From NCBI RefSeq assembly GCF_009914755.1, contig NC_060934.1: 64,000 nucleotides of DNA. One strand, written 5' to 3'. Under the pieces are notes generated by a model. It saw only the letters and a list, made by a program, of their open reading frames with translations. It had not been told where the DNA came from and made no database searches. Below, in pieces: positions 53,533 through 64,000 of this stretch; within the stretch, counting starts at the first letter, position 1, and every line of letters begins with the position of its first letter. Source of the DNA: the human T2T-CHM13v2.0 reference genome, Homo sapiens. A program made the position numbers and the translations under genes.

Positions 53533-55218
53533 GATGGCCAAGGCCACATTGCCTCTGGCGCTTGGGATGATGGTGTTCCAGACCACTTGTGGCTGGCAGA
53601 ATGGCACAGCCGGGAGGTGCTGGCCCAGAAGAGGAGAAGCTCAGTGCAGCACCACACTGAACAGGTTCCCTAAGGTCTCTGGGTCTCTGTTTCTTCCCAA
53701 AGTGAAGGGACCTGACTGAAAAGGAAGCCCTCCGTGCCATTTTGTGTGTGTATGTGAGTCTTGAGCTCTAAAGTGGCATCATTCTATAATTGCCTACCAC
53801 AAATTTGGTAACTAACCATGCTCTCAAGTAGCATCTTCAGAACTATTGAGGCTGAGGGGCCCACACAGCCTGGGCACCATCACCCAACACTGCCCAGGGC
53901 CAGTGGAGGCACTGAAGGCCCCAGGGGTCTCCTGGTGCTGGCTTTGGTCCTCACAGCAACTTGAGAAGTCTGTGCCTGAACCCAGTTTTCTCTTTATTAG
54001 GCCAGAGATGAAAAAGCTTCCTGGAAACTATATCCCCATTGAACCTTTATCTGCCAATGGACTTATAGCACTGGTTAGAGACACATTTTCCCATGGGGAG
54101 CTCTTTGCACATCCCCTTTCGTTAGTATACTGGAACTTGTCATGAGGAGGGAGCAGCAGGTGTCTTGTCAAATATTTAGCCACAGGGAAGGATGCATTCA
54201 AATTCATCCTTCCCCGAGGTCTTTAGACAGCTCCACCAGCAGAGTTCTGGTGGAGAGAAGGAGACTTAGCCTGCCCATAGACTGGGGAGATTCACAGGAA
54301 TTCTATTACAACACCATTTTCCTCAGTCCCCCAGGCACCCAGAATAAGATCTTGGTAATGTTTGCTAAGCTGCACTTTATTGAACATGGTTATTTCCCCA
54401 AAAGACTTTTATTCTGAGTTATACTCATGATTTCACCTCCTAGGGGCCAAAACATTTTCCTAGGAAGAAAGTTCTCATTCCTCTATCCAAAGGAATAAAA
54501 CTGGGGTTTCTCCAGGCCTCTAGATTTTAAGATTTGGGTTGGCAGGCACTAAGTATGTGCTCTGATGTCCCCCATCCTTACCCTCATTTCTTTTTGTTAT
54601 TCTTGCTAGTTTAATAGTCTGTTTATAAGCTCCATGAAGAAGGGACTGAGGTTAGTCTTGCTCCCAGCATGGCACCCAGAGAAGGGTCTTGATAACTCCC
54701 TCTCCAGTGAGTAAGTAAGTGCCCTCCCTCACAGGATCAGTGTGACACTGGCCTCACAGTGCTGGGAAGCCAGCCATGTATTCTCTGAGCTCACAGCAGG
54801 AAAGGGGTTTCAAGATGAGGAATGTTGATATAGACAAGCTGGAGTCAACCTCTCACCCCGAGATCTGTTTTGCAATCTATAAAGGGCAAAGGGGATCTCT
54901 TGCAAATATCTATTAGGAGCCAAGAATTTGAACTTGCTACCCTGGCTGCTACAGTGGTGTGGCTTCTGTCCCAGCTGTAATGGTAAATTGGTGTCCCAAG
55001 TTGTTTCTGCTGAGCTCAATGCCCATATGTGATCTCTCAAAATGGGCTGGCTCCAAGAACAGGATTTATGATGCTGAGGGTCAGCCACTTGGAGCCATAA
55101 CAGGTTCTGCGTATGTCAGTGGCATCATTTGGAGCCATCACCCCTGAGTGAAGCCTCCAGCTCCAGGAACCCCCCATCCCTGGTCTTTTCCAGTCTCCAC
55201 AAGCCACCTGCAGCTTAC

Positions 55219-55396
55219 CACTCAGAGGATGGGGAATCGTGAACTGCTTCTTGCTGGTGCGGATGGGAAGGAGGCTCTGCTTCTGCCTCAGGTCCTCCTT
55301 CCGCTGGGCTTTCCTCTGCTGGACCATGTGTTCAAGCTTCTTCAGCCGTTCTTGTGAGCGAGAAATGAACTGAGGCTTACGAACTTCCAGTGCTTC
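55219..55396 (-). CDS. C10orf90: C10orf90 coding exon, 178 nt (EALEVRKPQFISRSQERLKK...HPLS), early part of the ALMS motif
   Basis: Acceptor tttgctttgcatag, donor GTG|GTAAGC; phase 0 in, phase 1 out. Confidence 0.93.
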
Positions 55397-55701
55397 CTAT
55401 GCAAAGCAAAGAAAATACGTCATTTTTAAGAGCAGTGACACAGAAAGGCAACGCATCTGTCTGATGCAGCCAAGAAGCCGATGGCAAGCACAAAACTCAG
55501 AGACCAAAAGCCACAGTGCAAAAGTACGTCACGCTTTTCTTGCACATCTTTGTGTAAAGAAGGTAACAGGCATGTTGACAACACAGGTCCTGGGGGTCAG
55601 GCCTGGCCAGCGCCGAGGCCCCTGCTGCAGCAGGATTGACCGGCAACTGGCATCAAAGCTGGGAGCGCAGAGGCAACGTCTGCCCATTCATCTTTCTACC
55701 C

Positions 55702-55796
55702 TGCTGAGTCATTTGTTCCCAAAAGACGATCCAAAAGCCCTACATTCTGTATTCCAAAGAGACATGGGAGTGGAGGGCATGGAGGTGCTGAGTCAC
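55702..55796. promoter_or_regulatory. Pair of perfect ARE/NF-E2 (MARE) motifs
   Basis: TGCTGAGTCAT at 55702-55712 and TGCTGAGTCAC at 55786-55796; function untested. Confidence 0.5.
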
Positions 55797-56089
55797 TTGC
55801 TTCTGTTGCACTTGGAAGCCCCAAGAAGCACAGACACAGATCATCCACTCAGCGTGAAAAACGTGCTCTTTCAGGAGGCACCACAACTGCGGCTGAAGGA
55901 AACAGCTCCTCCTCCTGGGTAGAAAGAGCTGGGAGGAAACCTTTGCCTATACAGAAAGTTCTGTGAGCTCCACAAACCATGTCAGAAGTCCCTATGTCTC
56001 CACTCCCACCTCCATGCACTAAGCCACCCACACAAGTCTCCTGAACAAGACTAACTGCCATTCTGCTCCATCCCAGATGCCGGGCTAGG

Positions 56090-56205
56090 TGCTTGATGTG
56101 TATTCATCACCTCGTGGAGTCCCACAACTGTTCAGGAAGGCAGGAATATTTCTTTCCATTTGACAGATGCAAAAACTGAGGCTCATGGTAGTTTGGTAGA
56201 TCACA
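56090..56205 (-). mobile_element. MIR fragment (others near 23060-23290, 24730-24800, 57170-57490, 61420-61760)
   Basis: ccatttgacagatgcaaaaactgaggctca MIR core. Confidence 0.65.
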
Positions 56206-57579
56206 TGGTAACACCCTATCCACGGGAACCCCATTCTTTTCCTGCACTGCCTTTTATGGTCTTAACTTCCTATTCCTTGAGTGTCTCTGCTCAAGTTGTC
56301 CCCAGCCTGAAGTACCACCCATAGCCATTGGCTCAAGTTCCATCTACCCCAGGAATCCCTGTTGAAATGCCCTGTTGAGCCAGAGCATGGTGCTTCACCG
56401 ATGGGCTTGAGCAACAGTGAGTCATATGTTTACCTCCGTGCTAGGCTGTGAGCTCCAGGAAGTCATGGGCCATGTCTCATTGACAATGCATCACTCACAC
56501 AGTAGGAGTCCTGCATGTATATGCTCAGCAAAGGCTCACTGGGCATGCTGTCATGACTGAAACTTTCCTCTGCCCCCTTCCTCTTCCTTGGGAGCTCAGA
56601 GTGCCCAGGCGGAAGAAGTGTGGGCTCAGTCTGTATCACATATGTGTCCCTGGCAGCTACACTGGGGGAGAAGTCTTCTTGGCCAGCTCCCCACATGGTG
56701 CCAGCCACCAGGAACAGAGAACCACAAGGTACAAGTCACTGGATGTGCTGAAGCTTCAAGAGAGTTCCATGCCTAAAGAGATAACCCCTAGGAACAGCCT
56801 GGTGGCTCAGGTTTAGCTGCTGCCTTGGCTGTCCACCCCACCAAGAATGGCCTTAGAGACTTTGGGGGCACCATGAATGCCTCACCCAGGTCCCACCGAG
56901 GCCCCCTGGGTACAGGAGCCAGCCAATGGAGCCATCTCCACAACTGCAACTGCAGGGAGATTTGCAACCTTATTAAGTGCCTTCCAAGAAGGTGTGGCTA
57001 GCTGTGCAATACAGTTAGCAGAGGATTCCTCTGAGGTTGTTTGCCTTCCTAATTTTTATTTCTCTGTATTTTTTTAAACTTTATAAAATGTGTGCATACT
57101 ACATTTTATAAAACAATTGGGAAAAGATGCCAAACTAAAACTTTCCTATCCCTCCATTCATGACCATGTGACCTTGGCCAACTTCACCTCTCAAAGGCTC
57201 AGTGTCCTCATCTGAAGACACTGAGATCTGGAGCCCCTATATGCTCCTACCTCCTGGGAGCCTTGCATGGATTGGAGGCACTGATGCCTAGGAAGTGACC
57301 TGTGGAATGCTGGAGCATCCATCACTGCTGCTGTCACTGTCACTACTGATAGTATTTGATCTTCATTCTAACCTGGAGGAGTCAGTGTCATTATCTCCAT
57401 TATTCAAACAGTGACAGAGTGGCCCAGAAAGCTTAGGGGACCTGCCCAGTCACACAGCTGCTACAAAGTGAAATCAGGTTTCCAGCCTCAGAGGTGCAAG
57501 TGAGGTTGTGTGCTCACGGACTCCCTAGGAAATCTCTCCCTTTGGCAGGAATCAAGCCAGGACACACAGAAGGCCTTAC

Positions 57580-57764
57580 TTGCAAGGTCAAAGATCTTGC
57601 AGGCGTTTGCTGAGACTCAGAACAGTCTTCGGACAGGCCAGGGCTCCCTGCTCCATCGCGGGGTGCTGGCGAGGGTGCTGCTGGGGAGGGCTCAGGTGTG
57701 GTGGGGTCCTCACTCTTCTTACATTCCTTTATTTTTACAACCAAGTCACAGCATGTGTAATCTC
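57580..57764 (-). CDS. C10orf90: C10orf90 coding exon, 185 nt (G-DYTCCDLVVK...ARSLTLQ)
   Basis: Acceptor cttctctcctag, donor CAA|GTAAGG; phase 1 in, phase 0 out. Confidence 0.92.
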
Positions 57765-59799
57765 CTAGGAGAGAAGATTTAGAATCCCATTTAGAGGGCA
57801 CCAAGTGATTTTCACGTGGCTCCTCAATACCATTAGACACAGAAGACAATTTTGAAAATAGAAACGCCAGTGGACTATTAATGGGCCTCGTTAAGCTGAC
57901 AAGATCATGCCTCATCACAGAGCCCCCGGCCGCCCTGGTCACAAGGAAGAGCGTTTGCATTCAGCCAGACTTCAGGACCAGCTAATTATGCCAGGGAGGT
58001 ATTCCGTAGGCTTCTGATGGTTAGGATGGCTTTGCTCAAAATGAAAAGAAACTTTTCTATTCAGTGCTTCATATTAAGTGTGTCCTGTCCAATTATCACA
58101 GTTCGGTTGTTTTGGGACAGTGTATTAATCTACCCAGCACTTACTACACTGATGATATAAGGACAGGGCGCTGGTATTCAATTATAGAGCCCTCCCCTGC
58201 ACTTGCTGGAGACGACCACTGGCTTTGCATAAGTAATTGGGATGACTTCGCTTTCAAGGCTGGTTTGGGGCTCTTCCTGGGGCCATTTTGACTTTCCCTT
58301 GTGGAAAAGGTCAGGAAATGAATGGATCCAACAGCATCTCAGGCAAGACAGTTTCTGATGGATTGGGGATTAATGAGTATTCACTGGGCACTTACTGGAC
58401 TCAGCAAGCAACACAATGTCCTTCACTCTGTCCTTAGCTCACCCCTCCCATATGAGCCCCACTACTTGCCTCACTGCACCTTCCCCTCAACACAGCACCC
58501 TGAAACCACCCCAGTTCTGAAAATGCATGGCAGCCTCTCCCTCACTCCTCACCCACATGCTTGCCTATCTCCATAAAGCCCCTTTGATTCCTCTGCCCAG
58601 TGGACTCCCACCCTCCAGGCTGAGTCCAAACCTTCCAAAAGTCTCCCTCCCCTTCCCAAGGCACGACCCATCCCTGCCTCTGCTACGTCACTGCAGGGAA
58701 CACACATCACTCATTCAGCAGCATCCATCACCAGGTGGGGTTGGAAGATCATACTTTCACCCCACAAGCCTATGACTCCGTCGAGGGCTGGACCATATCA
58801 TACCCACTCTGCATCTCTCCACAGCACCAGGTGCCCAAAAGGAGCTCATTCTCTGGGGAGTGGAGAGGTGGCCTTCTGGAGGCTCACCTGTCCGTGGGAT
58901 GCATCTCCATGATTACAACGACTACAACAACTACAACTCACCATTTATGCCTGGGTCCTCCCTCTCCTGGGCCAGCTGTCCAACCTCTGCTCAAAATCCA
59001 CCCACAGTTCCTATTACCTACAAGCCCAAGCCAACTGGAGTTTTCATGGCTGTTCATGGTAGACGTCCCACTTGCAGCTGTCGCTTTGGAGTCTCTACCA
59101 ACAGCACACCACTTAGAAGGTTTCCAGTCATGCTCTTTCATTTTTCTGAGCATTTGCTCTGGTTCCTTCTGGAAAAGAGCGACTACTCTGCCCCACCCAC
59201 CCCCCGTCTCCCAGTGCCCCTTCAGGCCTAACACTAGCCCCAACCCCCGTCCTGTGGAGTTAATCTTGCCTTCTGCCACACTGTTTCCATGTCTTCTTGT
59301 GAGCATGTTTTCTAGTTCACCCTGTGCACAGGGGAGGAAGCCACAATTTCTCTGCCTCCTTCTCCACCATTCTCCCCAGCACCAGAACCAGAAACCCAAG
59401 GGCCAACCCTAACACTCCCACCTCTTCACTGCTCAAAGACCCATCCCTGGATCCTGAGCGTCTCTGCAGCCGCAGCCCCTCCTTCACAGTGACTCCACGC
59501 TCTCCTTGCCGGCTGGGCCTCAGCCCCCAGCCGTGCTCCTCTCCCATCTGTCCTCCACATTGCGCACGAGGCAGTAGTTTCCTCTTGAGCAAATCTAATT
59601 ATGTCTCTTCCTCTTCAAAGGCTTGGCTCTGCCTTCAATCCAGACTTCCTAAGTGGGTTTAGAAAGGCCTTCCAACCTGATGCACGTGACCCCTGCAGAC
59701 TCACGCCAGCCACTGCCACCCCCACAACCCTTGCGCCCTGGCCCCACCCTCTGCAGGTCCCCAGATCAACCATGTTCCTCCTGTCCCAGCCACTTGCGT

Positions 59800-60095
59800 C
59801 ATGTGTGCCTTTCCCTTAGCCTGCAATGCTCTTTGCCCTCAGGTCTGATTTGAAAACGTCAAATATACTTTCAAGTTCCTGCTCAAATCACTTCCTTGGC
59901 AAAGATGCCTCTGCACAGTCCCTCCTCTGAGTGTCAGGGGCCGTCCTCGGCTTCCCCATGGCCCACCACACAGACACGGCTATGCTGCTGACCGTTTCCT
60001 GTGCCAACGGAGAGCCTAGAGGGCAGGGGATATAAAGCACAGCATCTGGCATACAGTAGGTGCTTAATAAATGCTTCTCTAAACGATTAATGAAT
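59800..60095 (+). mobile_element. L2 3'-end fragment
   Basis: gcacagcatctggcatacagtaggtgcttaataaatg..aatgaatga L2 tail. Confidence 0.6.
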
Positions 60096-60888
60096 GAGAA
60101 GCTAGGGATTAACTTGTGTTCCAAGTGAAATTACTTTTATAATTGCCATAACCAATTTAAATTTTACAACCCAAGCTGATATCTTTCTTTCTGTCCTTTT
60201 CCATAGTTCTTTGAGAACATCTTTAGAATGATAGGAAATGTACATTTTTCCTGCTGACATAACCGGGCGCCACAGGACGTTTTTCCAATGTGTTCTTGTG
60301 TCCTTTCTATAACATTCTTTGTTGCACCATTTAGTAGTGGTCAGCAACTTGATCCCCAGAGAAATGATGACTGTGTTCTAATTCTTGGTTTCTTCCTCTG
60401 TGGGAGGCTGAGTTTGGGACCTACTTTTTGGGCACGTGAGTTCCAGTGTCTCATGCTTGTTAAGCGCTGGGGACCTGTGGAAGCCCCGTGCCTTAGTCAT
60501 TATATCCCTGCTAGTTAGTCACAGGGCCACAGTCAACCCAGAGGACCTGCTGCCTTCAGAGCAGCCACACACACCTGCATCTCCAACCTTCCTTAGCTGA
60601 GCCTGAGAATCTGCTGTGCACCTGGGTGTGGTCTTCTCTCAGCCTCAAGGGAGTACTGGCCTTGCCCACAGTGGTCTTGAAAATCCCCGACCCACATAGG
60701 GCTGCCTCCTGGGTGCTTGGGAGCTTCCTACTTGGCAACCATTTGTCCCCTCTCTGCTCTCCCAGTTGGAGAAGGGGAGGTTTCATCAGGTGAACGGTGA
60801 CAGTATGCACGAGGTCCAGGTAGGCAATCAACAAATTTTTATCGAATGTCAAGACCAAATGATGTCACCCACCACCCTCGCTCCTTAC

Positions 60889-61179
60889 CTTTGGGGAACT
60901 TGCTTTCTATCTGAACACCATTGTCTTCCTGCAGAGATGCACATACATCTTGTAAGGGGCAAAGAAACCCAGGAAAAAGGATTCTGGGTTTCAGGAAGCT
61001 TTGATGTCGTCTCTCTGTGGGCTCAGAAAGGTCTCTAGACAGACAGTCATCGCTTGGAGAGCTATCCCCAATGGGAAGGAAATGTCTAGTGGGCTTCTGT
61101 TCCACTGGAGGAGCAGACACAGTCATACATACTTCTCCTTGTTGCCTCTTGCTGCTTCCAGAAAATACTTTTGTGTGTA
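60889..61179 (-). CDS. C10orf90: C10orf90 coding exon, 291 nt, phase 1-1 (..HTKVFSGSSKRQQ...IESKFPK-G)
   Basis: Acceptor gttttatttttag, donor AAG|GTAAGG; open frame within ORF 60839..61207(-); joins next exon as PK-G-DY. Confidence 0.9.
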
Positions 61180-61879
61180 CTAAAAATAAAACGAGAGTTG
61201 TGCTCAAAATCTCTTATGAATCCAATCTAATGTACTGACTTCTACCACACATGGTGCTTTTCTCGGGACAGACTTGGGGGGGAGTACAGCACTGCAAGTT
61301 CAGTTAGGAGGGCCATCTGTATACAGTGCTGTCTTGGATTGGGCTTGAAAGAGACTGTGCTTGGTGGTGTCCTTAGGAACTCATATTACATTATCTGCAG
61401 TGAGCAATAGAGTGAGTTAGCACCTTGATTCTGGGGCCAGAGTACTTGAGTTCAAATCCCACCTCTGCTACATTTAAACTTTCCAGCCTCACCTATAAAA
61501 TTGAGGTAAGGCAATAATATAATGGACTAATATTAAATTATTTATTATTATATTATTTAGGTTTCTGTAATCAGTTTATTTCTATAACAAATTATATCTT
61601 TTATATAATTTATATGATTATATTGTATATAACAACATATCTATATTATTATATAAATCTCAAATATGAAAATTGAGGTAATGTTATCATGAAATAGTAA
61701 TTTATGTAGAGTGGTTAGCACAGTACCTGATGCACAGTCAGCTTGAATAAATGTTCATTATGATTACTATTGCAGAAGCATTGGTGCTGAGTTACGTACT
61801 ATGGCGAATACAGAGATAGGAAACAATTTATCGGGTCAACGTGCATAGCTCTAATAAAGCAGTGGGTTTAAAGACGTGT

Positions 61880-62275
61880 ACAACATGTCACTTGTTTCCA
61901 TGTTGTACTATCAAAAGCCTGGGAACCACCCTATGTCCATTGATAGGGGACTAATTAAATAAATTATGGTACATTCATGCTCTGCAATGGTTAAAAAGAA
62001 TGAGGCAGATGCTCTTGTGTGGATGTGGGTTAATCTGTAAGATACATTATCTAATGAGCAAAGCAAAATGCAGGACAGTGTGCTTCCCCAGTAAATGCTT
62101 TTAGACTCAGAAATCTCTCAAAGGACAGAGAAGATGCGGGAGACTGTTGTCTCAGGAGAGGGCAATGTAACACTAGGAATTGGGAGTGGAAGACAGGCTT
62201 TCTTTTCACCATCCATTTTGTACTCTTCGATTTTTTTAAACCTCTTTTATTTTGGAATGCCCTATACGTTTTTTA
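61880..62275 (+). mobile_element. Old L1M 3'-end fragment
   Basis: tgtccattgataggggactaattaaataaattatggtacattcat..ttaaaaagaatgaggcagat. Confidence 0.6.
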
Positions 62276-62464
62276 AAGAGCTACTCTTTTTAAGTAAGGG
62301 AGGGACTGCACCATGTTTTCAACCCCCCATGCTGATGCCACCCAAGAGAAATGGCCCCACCATTGCTGCCAGTGGGAATGCGTCCTAGCCTTCCTGTGTG
62401 TTGGGACAGAAAAAAACACATTGGGAATCCCTGGAATAACAAAAGTTATAAGAATATTCTTGCT

Positions 62465-62544
62465 TGGGAGGCCGAGGCGGGTGGATCACGAGGTCAGGAG
62501 ATTGAGACCATCCTGGCTAACACGGTGAAATCCCGTCTCTACTA

Positions 62545-62580
<36 letters not shown>

Positions 62581-62585
62581 CACAA
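62465..62585 (+). mobile_element. AluY left-arm fragment with (CA)n tail and perfect TSD
   Basis: ggatcacgaggtcaggagattgagaccatcctggctaacacgg; TSD AAGAATATTCTTGCT at 62450-62464 and 62586-62600. Confidence 0.9.
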
Positions 62586-64000
62586 AAGAATATTCTTGCT
62601 GTATTTTCTCAAATGTCTTACATATAAAAAGGAATTGAGCTCATGACTACCAACCCCTCTCATCAATTTCTCAGAAGTCTGCAATTTGTTCCACACCCTC
62701 TGTCCTGGAGTGCCCCCTGCTCCAGCCAGTGGAAGCAGGCTGTGTGGGGTGGGGCCAGGCTGTGTAGTACAGAGGGAAGAGCAAAAAGTCTGGGGCTAGA
62801 GGGCCCCCAAAGCACCTTCCTGGACATGGGATCCAGCACAGGTGAGGCCACCTGAGAGCCATCAATTTTCTTATTCACCAAGAGGGGAAGAAACCCAGCT
62901 TTCCATGTTCTTATGCACAAATAAACAAAATGTAGGTCCAAAGTACCTGCAGTCCCCAGTGTTGGATACATAGAAAGTACCAAAAAGAAAGAAACTGTTA
63001 TCAGCCTTTGTCATTTGGAGACGTTTGACTACCTATTATAAAGTTGGCTTTGCTAAATTGTACAGAAAATATGTTTCCAAACTTTTATTTCAGAACATTG
63101 GTTCTGTTTAAGTACAAAATATTACAGACAGGAAAAGTCTGACAATAGTCATACATCACTTTCTTTTATTAAAGCTCTCTGACAGAATCAAAAACCAAAT
63201 TAGTTATCAGTGATGCAGTCTCAATCTGCCAGGTGATATGGATCCATCCTGGAGTATGATTTTTTAAATTAATGTATTTATTTATAGATTTACAGAGATC
63301 AGCTGGCCAATATTTTAATCTATCTATCATCTATCTATCTATCTCTGGTTTATTGTAAATTTTTATGTGAATGAGCTTGTGTAAGTCAGATGTTCAGGCT
63401 GTGACTTGGAAGAGTTAAAGCAACTCAGAGAAAATAGAAGGTGCTTAGTGTACTGGAGAAAAGAAATATGCAGCCAAAGAAGGACTTTTCTGACTACTGA
63501 TTGATCAGGTCTCATTTCATGCATTCTGAAACGTACAATCGTCAGCTGTGCAGTCACCCTCAGGTGGGCCCTCGCAGGACAAGGCGGCATGTGTGCTCTT
63601 CTCCTCCCATGCACTCCACGTGCGAGTGGGACCGAGTGGGCTGAGAGTTCTCAGTTCATGCCCAACATGCTAAACTGCATCACCCCACTGAGGACCCACA
63701 GTCACTGCAGGATCTGGCCATCTCGAGAGCAGCCTGCCAATGAAGCCACTTATCCCGGGCATTTCCATTCACTGGACGGGCGCTTAAAGCCCCCGTCCTG
63801 AGTCTGACACATGGAGAGGGCTAGGCCATCATGAATGTCCTTTAAATAGAAACATTCCCCATATCCCCTTTTCCCAAATTGGTTGACATGCCGTAGCGCA
63901 ATAATCTCACAAACTTGATTATCCCAGAATTAAGCTATGCAGCAGGAAGTGAAAAAAACCAACCAAAATATTCTGCCCAACAGTTGTAAATTCCTTCTGT

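Noticed and set aside
55464-55922. 152-aa plus-strand ATG ORF antisense to C10orf90
   Set aside because: No recognisable homology; ORFs of this length arise by chance in GC-richer DNA.
58735-59412. 225-aa plus-strand ORF and overlapping ORFs
   Set aside because: Non-ATG start, Pro/Ser/Leu-rich composition explained by C-rich intronic DNA, no recognisable domain.

Overview
Primate (almost certainly human) genomic DNA, not microbial. The window holds the 3' part of C10orf90 (FATS, recalled as 10q26.2 next to ADAM12 and the FRA10F fragile site) on the minus strand. Six coding exons (61179-60889, 57764-57580, 55396-55219, 26027-25964, 22268-22169, 22080-22042) all have canonical AG/GT sites and matching phases, and encode the C-terminus including the ALMS motif (...ARSLTLQ/EALEVRKPQF...QLLDQLLQRNAV*). 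The 3'UTR ends near 21178. The 29-kb intron contains a 13-kb L1-in-L1 nest. Positions 1-21 kb are intergenic/lncRNA territory (probably LINC00601) with Alu, MaLR/ERVL LTR, L1, MIR/L2 and motif-dense unique stretches. I found no CRISPR, tRNA/rRNA or credible new protein gene, and cannot claim a proven new system. The strongest unexplained signal is a cluster of local templated copies: a 118-bp inverted duplication, an inverted 85-bp insertion, a (TA)n-flanked micro-inversion, and 83-bp and 267-bp direct duplications 0.2-1.8 kb apart. These look like replication template-switch scars. Second is a twin-ARE intronic element just upstream of the ALMS-motif exon. Repeat subfamily names come from memory of consensus sequences, and percent identities are hand estimates.
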